A stretch of DNA of 64,000 bases from an uncultured Gammaproteobacteria bacterium (GTDB lineage: Bacteria > Patescibacteriota > Patescibacteriia > Veblenbacterales > UBA10138): positions 740,095 to 804,094 of the forward strand of contig CAYVOI010000001.1 of assembly GCA_964453605.1 (NCBI GenBank). The letters are read 5' to 3'. Below are positions 18,216 to 27,253 of this stretch, piece by piece. Under the pieces are notes generated by a model that did no database searches, was not told the DNA's origin, and worked only from the letters and a program-made list of their open reading frames with translations. The translations under genes were made by a program, and so were the position numbers. How positions within the stretch are numbered: the first letter of the stretch is position 1; the number at the start of each line of letters is the position of its first letter.

Positions 18216-18276
18216 GACACTCTCCTTGGTAGTTATTGGTTTCAGTTTGGATTTCAAAAATTTTGACTAACTACTA

Positions 18277-18380
18277 ATAGTATACCTAAACCCCATTTTT
18301 GTCAATAGCCTGTGGAACAGTAGGTAGATTTACCCGGTTGTTCCACAAGGGTTGACAAATTCAGCCGGTTGTGCTACGTT
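18277..18380. promoter_or_regulatory. Divergent sigma70 promoters with a central inverted repeat
   Basis: Minus: TTGACA(18305)-17-TACTAT; plus: TTGACA(18352)-17-TACGTT; TGTGGAACA / TGTTCCACA between them. Confidence 0.65.
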
Positions 18381-18443
18381 TAGTTGAATTGAAAAAATAG
18401 AAAATTACCTTAACAATCACAATACACCGAAAGGAGAGTTAAC

Positions 18444-20162
18444 GTGAATACCCAACTTGTAATCGCGATAGTCGCGGCAGTGACAACGATCTGGCTGATG
18501 CTTAAATACTGGCCGCGCAAAAAACAAAATGATGATGGCACCGAGAACGCCACGTTTGTTGACCTCAACCAACCCAGCAAGTCAAATTCGCTTAAGACAA
18601 TGTTACTCGCTTTCCTTGAGCCGTTCAATACGCCATTCAAATGGGTGAAACGACGGTTGACAAAGAGGAGACAGAGAAACATGCAGCAGCCATCCACGGC
18701 TGGTGCAGCTCAAACTGCAACTCCTCCACCAAACACCGCTCCACCAACTCCACCTTACCAGCACCGCGATCGCCAGCGGCCATCCAGCAACGAGCAGAGT
18801 ATTAAACGTTACATAGTGATGGCTTTACTCTGCCTGATCGTTCTATCAGCTCTGTATAGTTTTTTCCGAGGCAATAACGGACAATCAATTCAGCCGACGG
18901 TAACGTCGCAAGGTACTGGTGGAGGCAGCACGGACACGGCTTCCCCAAACGCCACTAGCAGCGCCTCACCCAAGAATAACGAGGTGAAACAACCCTCAAC
19001 CACTGATTCAATGAGTATCCTGAGGCAGGAGGTGGCAGCACTTAAGGCGCGTGAGGCGGCCCGACAAGCAGACAGCGTCCGTTTGGCGGAAGCTGTCGAG
19101 AATACTTACCAAGAGTTCAAGGAATCGGTAAGCAAGGAGCTTGCCAACTCTGCGACCTCCGGCGCCACCTCACCCGTGCAAATTCGGAGTCGCGCCTATC
19201 AGTTCCGCGATTTGAGCACACCGGTGACGTTCGACACCGCGTACCAAATTGCGCGATGGGCTGAGGAGAAAACCGGTGTGCGTGCAGCCTTCCTGCTCGC
19301 TATTCTAACCCAGGAGTCAGACCTGGGACGGAACATCGGCAGCTGCCACTGGAAAGACGTCATGAATCCCAATCGTGATAAAGAACCGTTCCAACGGATC
19401 TGCCGCGAGCTGGGCAGGGACCCAGAGGCAACTCTGGTTTCGTGCAAGATGCACGACAAGAACGGTAACCGAAGCGGCTGGGGCGGGGCGATGGGACCGG
19501 CACAGTTCCTGCCGTCTACCTGGGTCGACTACGGCAGCTTGGTGACGACCTACACTGGGAAGGCTCCGGCCGATCCATGGGACCTTCGGGATGCCTTTGT
19601 CGCCGCCGCCTTAAAGCTTAGGGAAGACGGAGCAAATGGCACACGGCAAGGTGAGTGGGATGCCGCAATGACGTACTTTAGCGGCAGTACCAATCTGAAG
19701 TACCGGCTCTACGGTGACAACGTGGCTAACCTGGCCAATGCCTATCAAAGTGCTATTGGTCAGCCTGAGCAGACGATGTTAACCAGCAACCAACAGCAGC
19801 AGGTGGCACCTCAGGTCACCAAGCTACCGTATCCTGACCTGTCTGGACTTTGGGTTGAAGCTAACCCAGGTAACTACTACCAGAGCCAAGCCACGTTCGA
19901 GGTTAGCCCCCGCGGGGACCTAACGGTTCACATCCACTGGAACAACGGCCACCGAAGCGTTGATGAAACCTGCTTCGGTACTGTTACCCAAAGTGGTGTA
20001 CTACGGTTTACTGGCACGGAGCTTGCAAACCTGGATCCGCCAGGGTATAACCGCGATTACATCCTTGGTAACTACTACGCTAGTCTTTCATCAGATCACA
20101 AGGTGTTAGCAGGCGGGTGGGCCAATGGAGACAAAGGGAAATTCACACTTCAGAAACAATAA
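18444..20162 (+). CDS. Membrane-anchored lytic murein transglycosylase (lysozyme-like fold)
   Basis: LLAILTQESDLG (catalytic Glu), GGAMGPAQFLPSTW, PADPWDLRDAFVAAA; two TM segments; extra C-terminal beta domain. Confidence 0.88.
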   Translation: MNTQLVIAIVAAVTTIWLMLKYWPRKKQNDDGTENATFVDLNQPSKSNSLKTMLLAFLEPFNTPFKWVKRRLTKRRQRNMQQPSTAGAAQTATPPPNTAPPTPPYQHRDRQRPSSNEQSIKRYIVMALLCLIVLSALYSFFRGNNGQSIQPTVTSQGTGGGSTDTASPNATSSASPKNNEVKQPSTTDSMSILRQEVAALKAREAARQADSVRLAEAVENTYQEFKESVSKELANSATSGATSPVQIRSRAYQFRDLSTPVTFDTAYQIARWAEEKTGVRAAFLLAILTQESDLGRNIGSCHWKDVMNPNRDKEPFQRICRELGRDPEATLVSCKMHDKNGNRSGWGGAMGPAQFLPSTWVDYGSLVTTYTGKAPADPWDLRDAFVAAALKLREDGANGTRQGEWDAAMTYFSGSTNLKYRLYGDNVANLANAYQSAIGQPEQTMLTSNQQQQVAPQVTKLPYPDLSGLWVEANPGNYYQSQATFEVSPRGDLTVHIHWNNGHRSVDETCFGTVTQSGVLRFTGTELANLDPPGYNRDYILGNYYASLSSDHKVLAGGWANGDKGKFTLQKQ

Positions 20163-20195
20163 TCAAACCCAAGAACACATCACTTTCAACTAACG

Positions 20196-20230
20196 CCCCT
20201 GACTGCCGGAAGGAAGTCAGGGGTTTTTAT
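20196..20230 (+). terminator. Intrinsic terminator
   Basis: CCCCTGACT-loop-AGTCAGGGG-TTTTT. Confidence 0.85.
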
Positions 20231-20358
20231 TTGCTTCCATAGAGCCTTGACAAAATAACCTCAAAATGATAGCGTAGTATGTTATAGAAAGTCTATAACA
20301 TAATTTCGAAAATCAAAGAAGGTATATTAAAAATCAATCATAATCAAGGAGAGTTACC

Positions 20359-22827
20359 ATGAATGAACGAAGCTATGCTAACCTATGGCAGCTGCTGTGG
20401 GCTAGGGTGCGGGTGGTCAAAACCACCTACGGTCAACGCACCTACGTGTCACCCTTTCTGGGGTGGCTACCCAACGTACTGCTGGCCGCCACACTGGTGG
20501 TCAGTATACACGTTGTTTTCAGCTGGACCTCATGGTTCACCGATTCGCTATGTGGGGCGCTCGCGCTCTACCTCATGACGGAGCACTACTTTATCTCAGC
20601 TGTGAAATGGGGTCTCATCTACAAGCGAACGGGCAAGCAATCACCCTACGCGGTCGCGTTCGACCTCAAGTACGCTGGCTGGCAAGCCAAACGTATCCTC
20701 AGAACTGGCTGGCACCACATACCATTCCGGTGGTGGCCTACAGTGGCAACCGGAGACATTGTCGACATAGGTCCGGGTGGCCAAGGGTTGATCTACGTTC
20801 CGTTCGGGAAAACCCTGCCGTCTGGCATGAATACCGGAGAGTACAACGATGCCTTTGGGGATCTGAGTAACCTCAAGCAATGCATAGACCATGGAATTTA
20901 CAGGGGCTGGCAGGAAGAAACAGCAAAAGCAGGCGTGAGCGGGATTAACCCCTTCATCCTGATTTTCGCCCGCAACATGGTCTATGGCATGCCCGTAACA
21001 CCTGAGAGCAAACGGTTCATCAACGAGCAGGGGGCACCAAACCTTACAGAGATCAACAAGTCACTCGGTAGGGAGAAGGCATCCGCGATCACACTAGAGC
21101 ACTTTGGACAGACCGTGATTAAGGCAGTCGCCGGTATCGAGACGGTAACGGAAGACTACAAAATCATGGAACAAGGTGAACTGATGTTGGTTGACCGGGA
21201 TGTGGCGATTAAGGAAGTGGGTGACTCCGAACCAGCAGAACCACCAGACCCACTCACTGAATCCACCGATGCAGAGAAGCAGACCAAACGAGTTGTCAAG
21301 AAGCGGAGAATCAATATAGATATGATGGGGGTAGTCACCACCTTTGGTGGCGTATCACTCTCAGCAGATCAAAACGCAGGACGACTCGGCGGGGGTACCG
21401 GATGGGGCGATGTAAAACTCAAGGAGGCAAAGCTCAAGGCTGACTCTCCTCCCCCACCCAAACCACCAGACACTGCTCCTCCACAGGAGTTGGAAAAGTG
21501 GGAACTCGAGATGGAGATTTGGAACTATGAGATCAGTAAGAAGCTCCTGCGCTACATCCTGGCGAGCAGTAAGAATAACCTGATGAAGCACAACAGTTAC
21601 CAAGACTTCAGGAAATTCCGAGAGGCAAGGGGCACGCAGGGGTTGCAGTACGATACTATACTCGAAGGTTCTTACCTCTTCAACCCCATACTGGTACACG
21701 TAGAGAGGGTGCGCCAGCTGGTGGTACATGAGGGGGAAATGGCAGCCGTGATTTCAACCGTCGGGTTACCGCCGGAAGACATCACGGACGAGAAGTTCGA
21801 GCATGGTGCGGTGGTGATTCCTGGTCATAAGAACATCTGGATGGCACCACTGCCGCCGGCGAAGTACGCCATTAACCCCTACGTTAACCCGTGGCGTATT
21901 GCACGGGTGGCGGTGACGAAGATCAACAACTCGCTCGAGGTTTCGGACGTGCACATCTACGACAAGAAGTCGAGGCCGATTTACGCCACGACTAACGATG
22001 GCTACAAACTGCGCGTGGATGTGCAAACACTCATCACCATCTCGGAGCGGAAAGTTGCTTTCGTCATAGCGCGTTTTGGCGACATGGAAGCAGCTATCAC
22101 CCAAGGGCTCGATCCCGTAGTTACCAAGGTCTACCATACTGAGGTGCAGGACCACCCGTACATGTACTTCATCAAGAAACGAAGAGAACTGCAAGACAGA
22201 GCCTCGGGTGAGGTTACCACAACACTGGCCCAGTACGACGTGAAGGTTATGGGCTCTTACGTCCAGGATTGGGACGAAATTCCGAAACCCGGTGAGGAAG
22301 GTAAGGGAACTGACCTCCAAGCTGCACTGCGACGCAAAGCAACAGCGGCGCAAGAAAAACGTGCACTCAAAGAACAGACGGCGAAGGAGATACAGAACGT
22401 TCTGCTCAAGTACCAAGAGGGTAAGTCGGCTGTCCAGGCTGACATCACGAAAGCTGAAGCTAAAAAGACCATCGAACGGTTCTTAGCGACAGCCAGGAAG
22501 TCCACTGGTAAGGGATGGGACGACTTCATGAAGGTCATTAAGAAGTACGACCAGAACGAGGTTGTCACCATCGTCGAGGCTCTGGGAGCTGACAACACCA
22601 CAGCCGAACGCATCGCGAAAGACATATTCAGCGGCACCAACCCACTGCCACAGTTCCTCATGTTAGGTGGCGGGCAAAGCCAGAATATGCCATTCGATGC
22701 AGCTATGGCTGCGTTGGCTAAGTACCTCGGCCCCAAACCAACGGGCACCGGCAAACAGGGTGATGATGGAGATATGAAAACTCCCCCCGAACAACCTGAA
22801 CCGGCTAAGGTCTCGGCTGGAGCGTAA
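20359..22827 (+). CDS. SPFH/band 7 (flotillin-like) membrane protein with a large insertion
   Basis: N-terminal TM helices; GEMAAVISTVG, LPPAKYAINPY, TNDGYKLRVDV, VIARFGDM...LDPVV; C-terminal Ala/Glu/Lys coiled coil; promoter TTGACA(20247)-17-TAGCGT. Confidence 0.8.
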   Translation: MNERSYANLWQLLWARVRVVKTTYGQRTYVSPFLGWLPNVLLAATLVVSIHVVFSWTSWFTDSLCGALALYLMTEHYFISAVKWGLIYKRTGKQSPYAVAFDLKYAGWQAKRILRTGWHHIPFRWWPTVATGDIVDIGPGGQGLIYVPFGKTLPSGMNTGEYNDAFGDLSNLKQCIDHGIYRGWQEETAKAGVSGINPFILIFARNMVYGMPVTPESKRFINEQGAPNLTEINKSLGREKASAITLEHFGQTVIKAVAGIETVTEDYKIMEQGELMLVDRDVAIKEVGDSEPAEPPDPLTESTDAEKQTKRVVKKRRINIDMMGVVTTFGGVSLSADQNAGRLGGGTGWGDVKLKEAKLKADSPPPPKPPDTAPPQELEKWELEMEIWNYEISKKLLRYILASSKNNLMKHNSYQDFRKFREARGTQGLQYDTILEGSYLFNPILVHVERVRQLVVHEGEMAAVISTVGLPPEDITDEKFEHGAVVIPGHKNIWMAPLPPAKYAINPYVNPWRIARVAVTKINNSLEVSDVHIYDKKSRPIYATTNDGYKLRVDVQTLITISERKVAFVIARFGDMEAAITQGLDPVVTKVYHTEVQDHPYMYFIKKRRELQDRASGEVTTTLAQYDVKVMGSYVQDWDEIPKPGEEGKGTDLQAALRRKATAAQEKRALKEQTAKEIQNVLLKYQEGKSAVQADITKAEAKKTIERFLATARKSTGKGWDDFMKVIKKYDQNEVVTIVEALGADNTTAERIAKDIFSGTNPLPQFLMLGGGQSQNMPFDAAMAALAKYLGPKPTGTGKQGDDGDMKTPPEQPEPAKVSAGA

Positions 22828-22879
22828 ACTGAAACAGAAACAATGAACTAACCGCTAGTGGAGTCCAACCACACGTGGC

Positions 22880-22918
22880 GACCCTGTTCTCGAAACTTCG
22901 AGAACAGGGTCTTTTTTA
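22880..22918 (+). terminator. Intrinsic terminator
   Basis: GACCCTGTTCTCGAA-loop-TTCGAGAACAGGGTC-TTTTTT. Confidence 0.9.
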
Positions 22919-22990
22919 TTCACACCTACTTGAACCTCACCTCAGCCTGTGCTACAGTGGCAAAGCCTAAAAATGAAGTGTTCGGCTCAT

Positions 22991-23064
22991 GGGCCCGTGG
23001 TGTAGCCCGGTTAACCCCGAAGAATGTTCGCTGACGCTCACATCTACGGGGCGCGGCACGTCTC
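22991..23064 (+). pseudogene. tRNA-Asp 5' fragment interrupted by a mini-hairpin
   Basis: GGGCCCGTGGTGTAGCCCGGTTAA identical to the intact tRNA 5' end, then a CCCCG...CGGGG insert (23015-23051), then ACGTCTC. Confidence 0.85.
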
Positions 23065-23093
23065 AACGCTCTTTAAAATGAAATGCACAAAGC

Positions 23094-23168
23094 GGGCCCG
23101 TGGTGTAGCCCGGTTAACACGTCTCCCTGTCACGGAGAAGACCGCCGGTTCGAATCCGGTCGGGCCCG
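23094..23168 (+). tRNA. tRNA-Asp(GTC); CCA not encoded
   Basis: GGGCCCG/CGGGCCC acceptor stem, TCTCC-CT-GTC-AC-GGAGA anticodon arm, GTTCGAATC T-loop. Confidence 0.95.
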
Positions 23169-23185
23169 CTTTGTGCGTCTCACTG

Positions 23186-23264
23186 CCTGCCCCGTATAGA
23201 TACCGCAGTATCTTGTACGGGGTCACGGAGAAGACCGCCGGTTCGAATCCGGTCGGGCCCGCCA
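23186..23264 (+). pseudogene. tRNA-Asp 3' fragment with a mini-hairpin in the anticodon; ends in CCA
   Basis: CCTG[CCCCG...CGGGG 23190-23222]TCACGGAGAAGACCGCCGGTTCGAATCCGGTCGGGCCCGCCA. Confidence 0.85.
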
Positions 23265-23278
23265 GCAAACTTTATGCT

Positions 23279-23302
23279 ATCCGCCCCTTCGGGGCGGATT
23301 TT
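23279..23302 (+). terminator. Terminator of the tRNA unit
   Basis: ATCCGCCCC-TTC-GGGGCGGAT-TTT. Confidence 0.85.
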
Positions 23303-23468
23303 ACTATTCCCCTACCAAGGCAAATGATTCTGTCTAATCTCCACTACTATAGGATAGGTGGAGTTGACAAAATGGTGAAATCTACTAAGATACTTCAACA
23401 ACAACACTAATTAAGGAAAAAATTTGTAAATTAACAAACAACAATCACCATATAATAAGGAGAATCAC

Positions 23469-24827
23469 ATGAAAACACGGGGAAATGGTTGGGATGAGCG
23501 GGTTTGCCTTGCTGGCACCGACGATGCAGGCTCGACGGATGCTATGGGCCGAGTAATAACGCTGCTGTTCTATACTTTGCTCTTTGTCTACTCACCCAGC
23601 CGGGTATGGATAGTGGGGTCAGTGGTCGCTGGCCTAGGCACGATAGGATTTATTATCTACCTATCCGGCCTGCAGTACAAAGTAGTCGACTGGCGATCTT
23701 ATGTCTTGCAGGAGCTGATCTGCTCCTGGCATAGTGGCGACTGGTTTTTCATTGTATTCATGGCCTGGCCTATCTTGCTCCCATGGTACACGGTCGCTTA
23801 TCTAGCGTTCAATTCATACCCCCGAAGTTTCTCAGCTGACTATGAGACTGATAGATTCCGCCTCTATGGTTCAGGCCGGGGGCGCTACTACGGTATGCAC
23901 CTCAATACCATCAGAGAGCACGTGACAAATGATATGAAACGGGTCGAGGCAGAGACGGCTACGCTCATGAACGTACCGATAAAAGTCCAGCAAAAATCAC
24001 GGCTGGCACTACTACTTGGATCTGTGGCGGCATATTTGTCAGCCCCGTTAGGAGCTCGAGCACAAGACAAAGGAGACAAAGATAGCGCTCAAATCAACCG
24101 AACCTACGCTGGGCTGTTGTATACAGGCAGCTACGACTCAACCGGTACGTTGACCCCGGCTGCTTCCGTGAGGGTAGGGCTTGAAGCGTTACTACCGGTA
24201 GGGGTTGATACCCTCACTGCTCGTGCAGCTTGGAGCTCTACCGGCAGTGCCCTCGGTCATTTCTTTCTAACGCTACCTCTTGAAACGGACCTACGACTGC
24301 GGCTTGGTTTCATGGGACGGCCAATCTCCACCCAGAAACCACACCCCATCTCGCCCGGCGCGCACTTTGAACCGCCGGCTAAACAGGTTATCCCGGGGGC
24401 GGCGAGTGGCATGTCCTTACAATGGGCAAATATCACTGTAGGTACGTACTACCACCAGGTTCATAAAGCGCTGGAAGTAGATGCCAGCATGGGTCTTAAG
24501 GGAGGTGTCCTAGGAGTGAACGGAATTGATCTGGCAGGTTACCTCCATCGAGTTACGTGGGGTGCGGCCATAACGTTCACGACGCCAACGATAACTGTCG
24601 TGCTGTTCCATGAGCAACACACTAAGTCATCTGCGCTGATGGATATGAAAATCACGCCCGTTTCAGCATACTTGACTGACCTGTGGGATCAGCAAGCCAA
24701 ACGACATAACTGGGAGGTTGGGGCAACGAAGACTTTTCTTGCTCCTCATGACATCCAGGTACTCCTCGGCGCTGGCTATCGACCTGTTGACAGGTCAACT
24801 GGTATATACCTGTGGGTCTATAGGTAA
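23469..24827 (+). CDS. Hypothetical protein: N-terminal TM bundle plus beta-strand-rich C-terminal domain
   Basis: 452 aa, AAGGAG RBS, promoter TTGACA(23364)-16-TAAGAT, terminator at 24865-24900. Confidence 0.75.
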   Translation: MKTRGNGWDERVCLAGTDDAGSTDAMGRVITLLFYTLLFVYSPSRVWIVGSVVAGLGTIGFIIYLSGLQYKVVDWRSYVLQELICSWHSGDWFFIVFMAWPILLPWYTVAYLAFNSYPRSFSADYETDRFRLYGSGRGRYYGMHLNTIREHVTNDMKRVEAETATLMNVPIKVQQKSRLALLLGSVAAYLSAPLGARAQDKGDKDSAQINRTYAGLLYTGSYDSTGTLTPAASVRVGLEALLPVGVDTLTARAAWSSTGSALGHFFLTLPLETDLRLRLGFMGRPISTQKPHPISPGAHFEPPAKQVIPGAASGMSLQWANITVGTYYHQVHKALEVDASMGLKGGVLGVNGIDLAGYLHRVTWGAAITFTTPTITVVLFHEQHTKSSALMDMKITPVSAYLTDLWDQQAKRHNWEVGATKTFLAPHDIQVLLGAGYRPVDRSTGIYLWVYR

Positions 24828-24926
24828 TACAGCACCTAACAAGTCCTCAAAGCTAGAGGAATTCGGCGGCAAGTGGTTATTGTAACTGCTTGCCGCTTTT
24901 ATTATCTTAATTATCTATGAGTTCAC

Positions 24927-25751
24927 CTAGTCACGTGGTGTAGTTTGAGTACTACTCGGGTGCCGACTTACCAATGATTTTCCAAAACTCCACCAAACAT
25001 ATACCCCAACCAAGGTGACGAGGCCTGCGGTAACAAACCCCACCCGAACACCCCACAGCATAACCTGCTCATCGAGGCGGAGAAACTCCAACACAAAACG
25101 TAACAGCCCACTCGCTATGAGGTAGGTGGCCAGGAGCCGCCCCGTGGGCGGTGTTCGCTTCTGCCACTGCCACAGGAGGAGAGCTAGCGCCGCCAGCCCA
25201 AGTGATTCGTAGAGGAAGGTGGGGTGGAAGTGCGTGAACGCTGCGTAAGCGGCTGGACGATTTGCCTCGCTAATTGGTATGCCCCAAGGCAGCGTAGTCG
25301 GCAGGCCAAACAGCTCTTGGTTGAAGTAGTTGCCCCACCTGCCTACCGCCTGCCCCAGTGCAAGCCCTGGTACTAACATATCGCCCACCTCGTAGAACGA
25401 GAGCTTATGCTTACGGCACCACCACCAGGCGGCAACGGCAGCGCCGCCGAGTCCGCCGTGCCAGGCCAAGCCACCTTGCCAAATGTGCCACACCTCACTA
25501 AGGTGCTGCGAAAAATACCCCCACTCAAACACCAACACATCGACTAGTCGAGCACCGATAAGGCCCGCTACCATGAGCCAGAGTACCAGCTGCTCAAGCT
25601 CAGCTACGCTACGCCCGCGCGCACGCCACGCTGGCCGCACCACGAGGTACCCCAGGAGAACGCCCAACGCCAAGAGCAGCCCGTACCAGCGGACAGTGAG
25701 GGGCCCCAGGGAAAACGCCACAGGTGATGGCAGGTAGCTCGACCACCCCAT
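24927..25751 (-). CDS. lgt: Prolipoprotein diacylglyceryl transferase
   Basis: GPLTVRWYG, IGARL, GGLAWHGG, GRWGNYFNQELFG, HPTFLYES, RFVLEFLR. Confidence 0.95.
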   Translation of the reverse strand: MGWSSYLPSPVAFSLGPLTVRWYGLLLALGVLLGYLVVRPAWRARGRSVAELEQLVLWLMVAGLIGARLVDVLVFEWGYFSQHLSEVWHIWQGGLAWHGGLGGAAVAAWWWCRKHKLSFYEVGDMLVPGLALGQAVGRWGNYFNQELFGLPTTLPWGIPISEANRPAAYAAFTHFHPTFLYESLGLAALALLLWQWQKRTPPTGRLLATYLIASGLLRFVLEFLRLDEQVMLWGVRVGFVTAGLVTLVGVYVWWSFGKSLVSRHPSSTQTTPRD

Positions 25752-25765
25752 AGGGTGTGGGTTGG

Positions 25766-26371
25766 CTAGCCGCCGGCTAGGGCGCTCTGGATAACCTCTT
25801 TGAGCTTAGTCCAGTCCTGCACCTTGCTACCGTTCACAAAAAAGGTCGGTGTAGCGTTGACACCGCGCTTGTCGCCCTCTGCCATGTCGGCGCGAACAAC
25901 ACCTTGCTTGGCGCGCGAGTCGAGGCAGGCGTTAAAGCTGTCGGTATTAAGCTGAAGCGCAGCCGCGTAGGTTTTGAGGTCAGCTTTCGACAGCGCCGGC
26001 TGGTGCTGGAATAAGCTATCGTGGTACTGCCAGAACTTGCCCTGGTCATTGGCGCACTCAGCCGCCAGCGCGGCCGTAAACGCTTGCAGGTGCACCGTAA
26101 CCAGCGGGAAGTGGCGGTAGTTAAAATAAATTTGGTCGCCAAAGGTTTTAATGACGTCCTGCGCGGTGGGCTCAGCGGCCTTGCAGGCCGGGCACTCGAA
26201 GTCAGAAAACTCTTCCACCTTCACCCGGGCAGTCGGGCTACCCAAGGTGGGCCGCGGTGAGTTGACGTTGGGGTAGGCTGGCACCTGGCTCCCTGCCCAG
26301 GCCCACCAAGCAATGAGGGCTATGACAATGACGCCTCCAGCGATGAGGTACCCTTTCTGTCTGCCCTGCAT
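25766..26371 (-). CDS. DsbA-family (Com1-like) oxidoreductase
   Basis: TM anchor, EFSDFECPAC, YRHFPL, ATPTFFVNG. Confidence 0.92.
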   Translation of the reverse strand: MQGRQKGYLIAGGVIVIALIAWWAWAGSQVPAYPNVNSPRPTLGSPTARVKVEEFSDFECPACKAAEPTAQDVIKTFGDQIYFNYRHFPLVTVHLQAFTAALAAECANDQGKFWQYHDSLFQHQPALSKADLKTYAAALQLNTDSFNACLDSRAKQGVVRADMAEGDKRGVNATPTFFVNGSKVQDWTKLKEVIQSALAGG

Positions 26372-26375
26372 AGGT

Positions 26376-27185
26376 TTACTGCTTCAGAGCTGCGTCAACT
26401 GCCGCTTTAAGGTCTGTGTAGGGCACAGCGCCTTCTACCGGTGTACCGTTCACAAAGGTGGTGGGCGTACCCTGCACGCCGTAGCCTGTGCCCTCTTGCT
26501 CCGAGGCCTGAACCTTAGCCGTAAACTCACCACTGTCGAGGCAGCTCTGGAACTTGCTCTGCGACACACCTACTTCTTTGGCCAGGGGCCCGAGTGCACT
26601 GAGCGCAAAGCCGGTGCCGTTCGAGGTGGTGCGTTCGTAGATTTTATCCACAAAGGCCCAAAACTTGTCGTTGCCGCCGAGCTTGCCCACGCACTCGGCC
26701 GCCTCGGCCTCTTTCTCTGCGTTCTGGTGGAAGGAGAGTGGGAAGTGGCGGTAGACCCAGGCCACCTTACCGGCTTCCTCCTGCATCAGCTGCTGCATGG
26801 CAGGGTGGAAACGCTTACAGAACGGGCACTCGAGGTCAGAGTACTCCACCAGCACGACGGCCGCATCCCTCGGCCCGCGCACGTAGTCATCGGCTTTCAG
26901 GGCAATGTTCACCTTGCTGGGGGCCGTAGGTGTGGGGTTAGGGACTTGAGCTGCAGGTGTAGTGCTCGTAGCTTGAGCTGTAGCGCCAGCAGTTGATGGG
27001 GCACGCTTCAAGCTGAGCGTACCGCCAGCCAGAACCACTACCACAAAACCAAACAAGCTCACCACCGCCACGCCCGTAACTAAGCCCATCACAAAGGTGA
27101 GCTTGGGAGAAGCACCAGCCCACATGCTGCTTACGCTGCTAGATCCCATGGGCATAAGCGGTTGGTTTTCGTGTGAATCGTACAT
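26376..27185 (-). CDS. DsbA-family oxidoreductase
   Basis: EYSDLECPFC, VYRHFPL, GTPTTFVNG. Confidence 0.92.
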   Translation of the reverse strand: MYDSHENQPLMPMGSSSVSSMWAGASPKLTFVMGLVTGVAVVSLFGFVVVVLAGGTLSLKRAPSTAGATAQATSTTPAAQVPNPTPTAPSKVNIALKADDYVRGPRDAAVVLVEYSDLECPFCKRFHPAMQQLMQEEAGKVAWVYRHFPLSFHQNAEKEAEAAECVGKLGGNDKFWAFVDKIYERTTSNGTGFALSALGPLAKEVGVSQSKFQSCLDSGEFTAKVQASEQEGTGYGVQGTPTTFVNGTPVEGAVPYTDLKAAVDAALKQ

Positions 27186-27253
27186 ACGTGGTGGTTAAAG
27201 GTAAAACGAAAGACGTGTGCGTCCTCAAGTATAGCACAAGCTGCTACACAGGG

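Noticed and set aside
20196-20230. CCGGAAGGAAG resembles the SRP RNA domain IV loop
   Set aside because: It lacks the flanking CAGG/GCAGC internal loop and long stem, and is the loop of a terminator hairpin followed by a T-run
23094-23264. tRNA 3' duplication as attL/attR of an integrated prophage or island
   Set aside because: The copies are only about 50 bp apart with no integrase or cargo between them; at most a scar, covered in findings
23024-23410. ORF-track ORFs over the tRNA region
   Set aside because: They are translations of tRNA and its fragments
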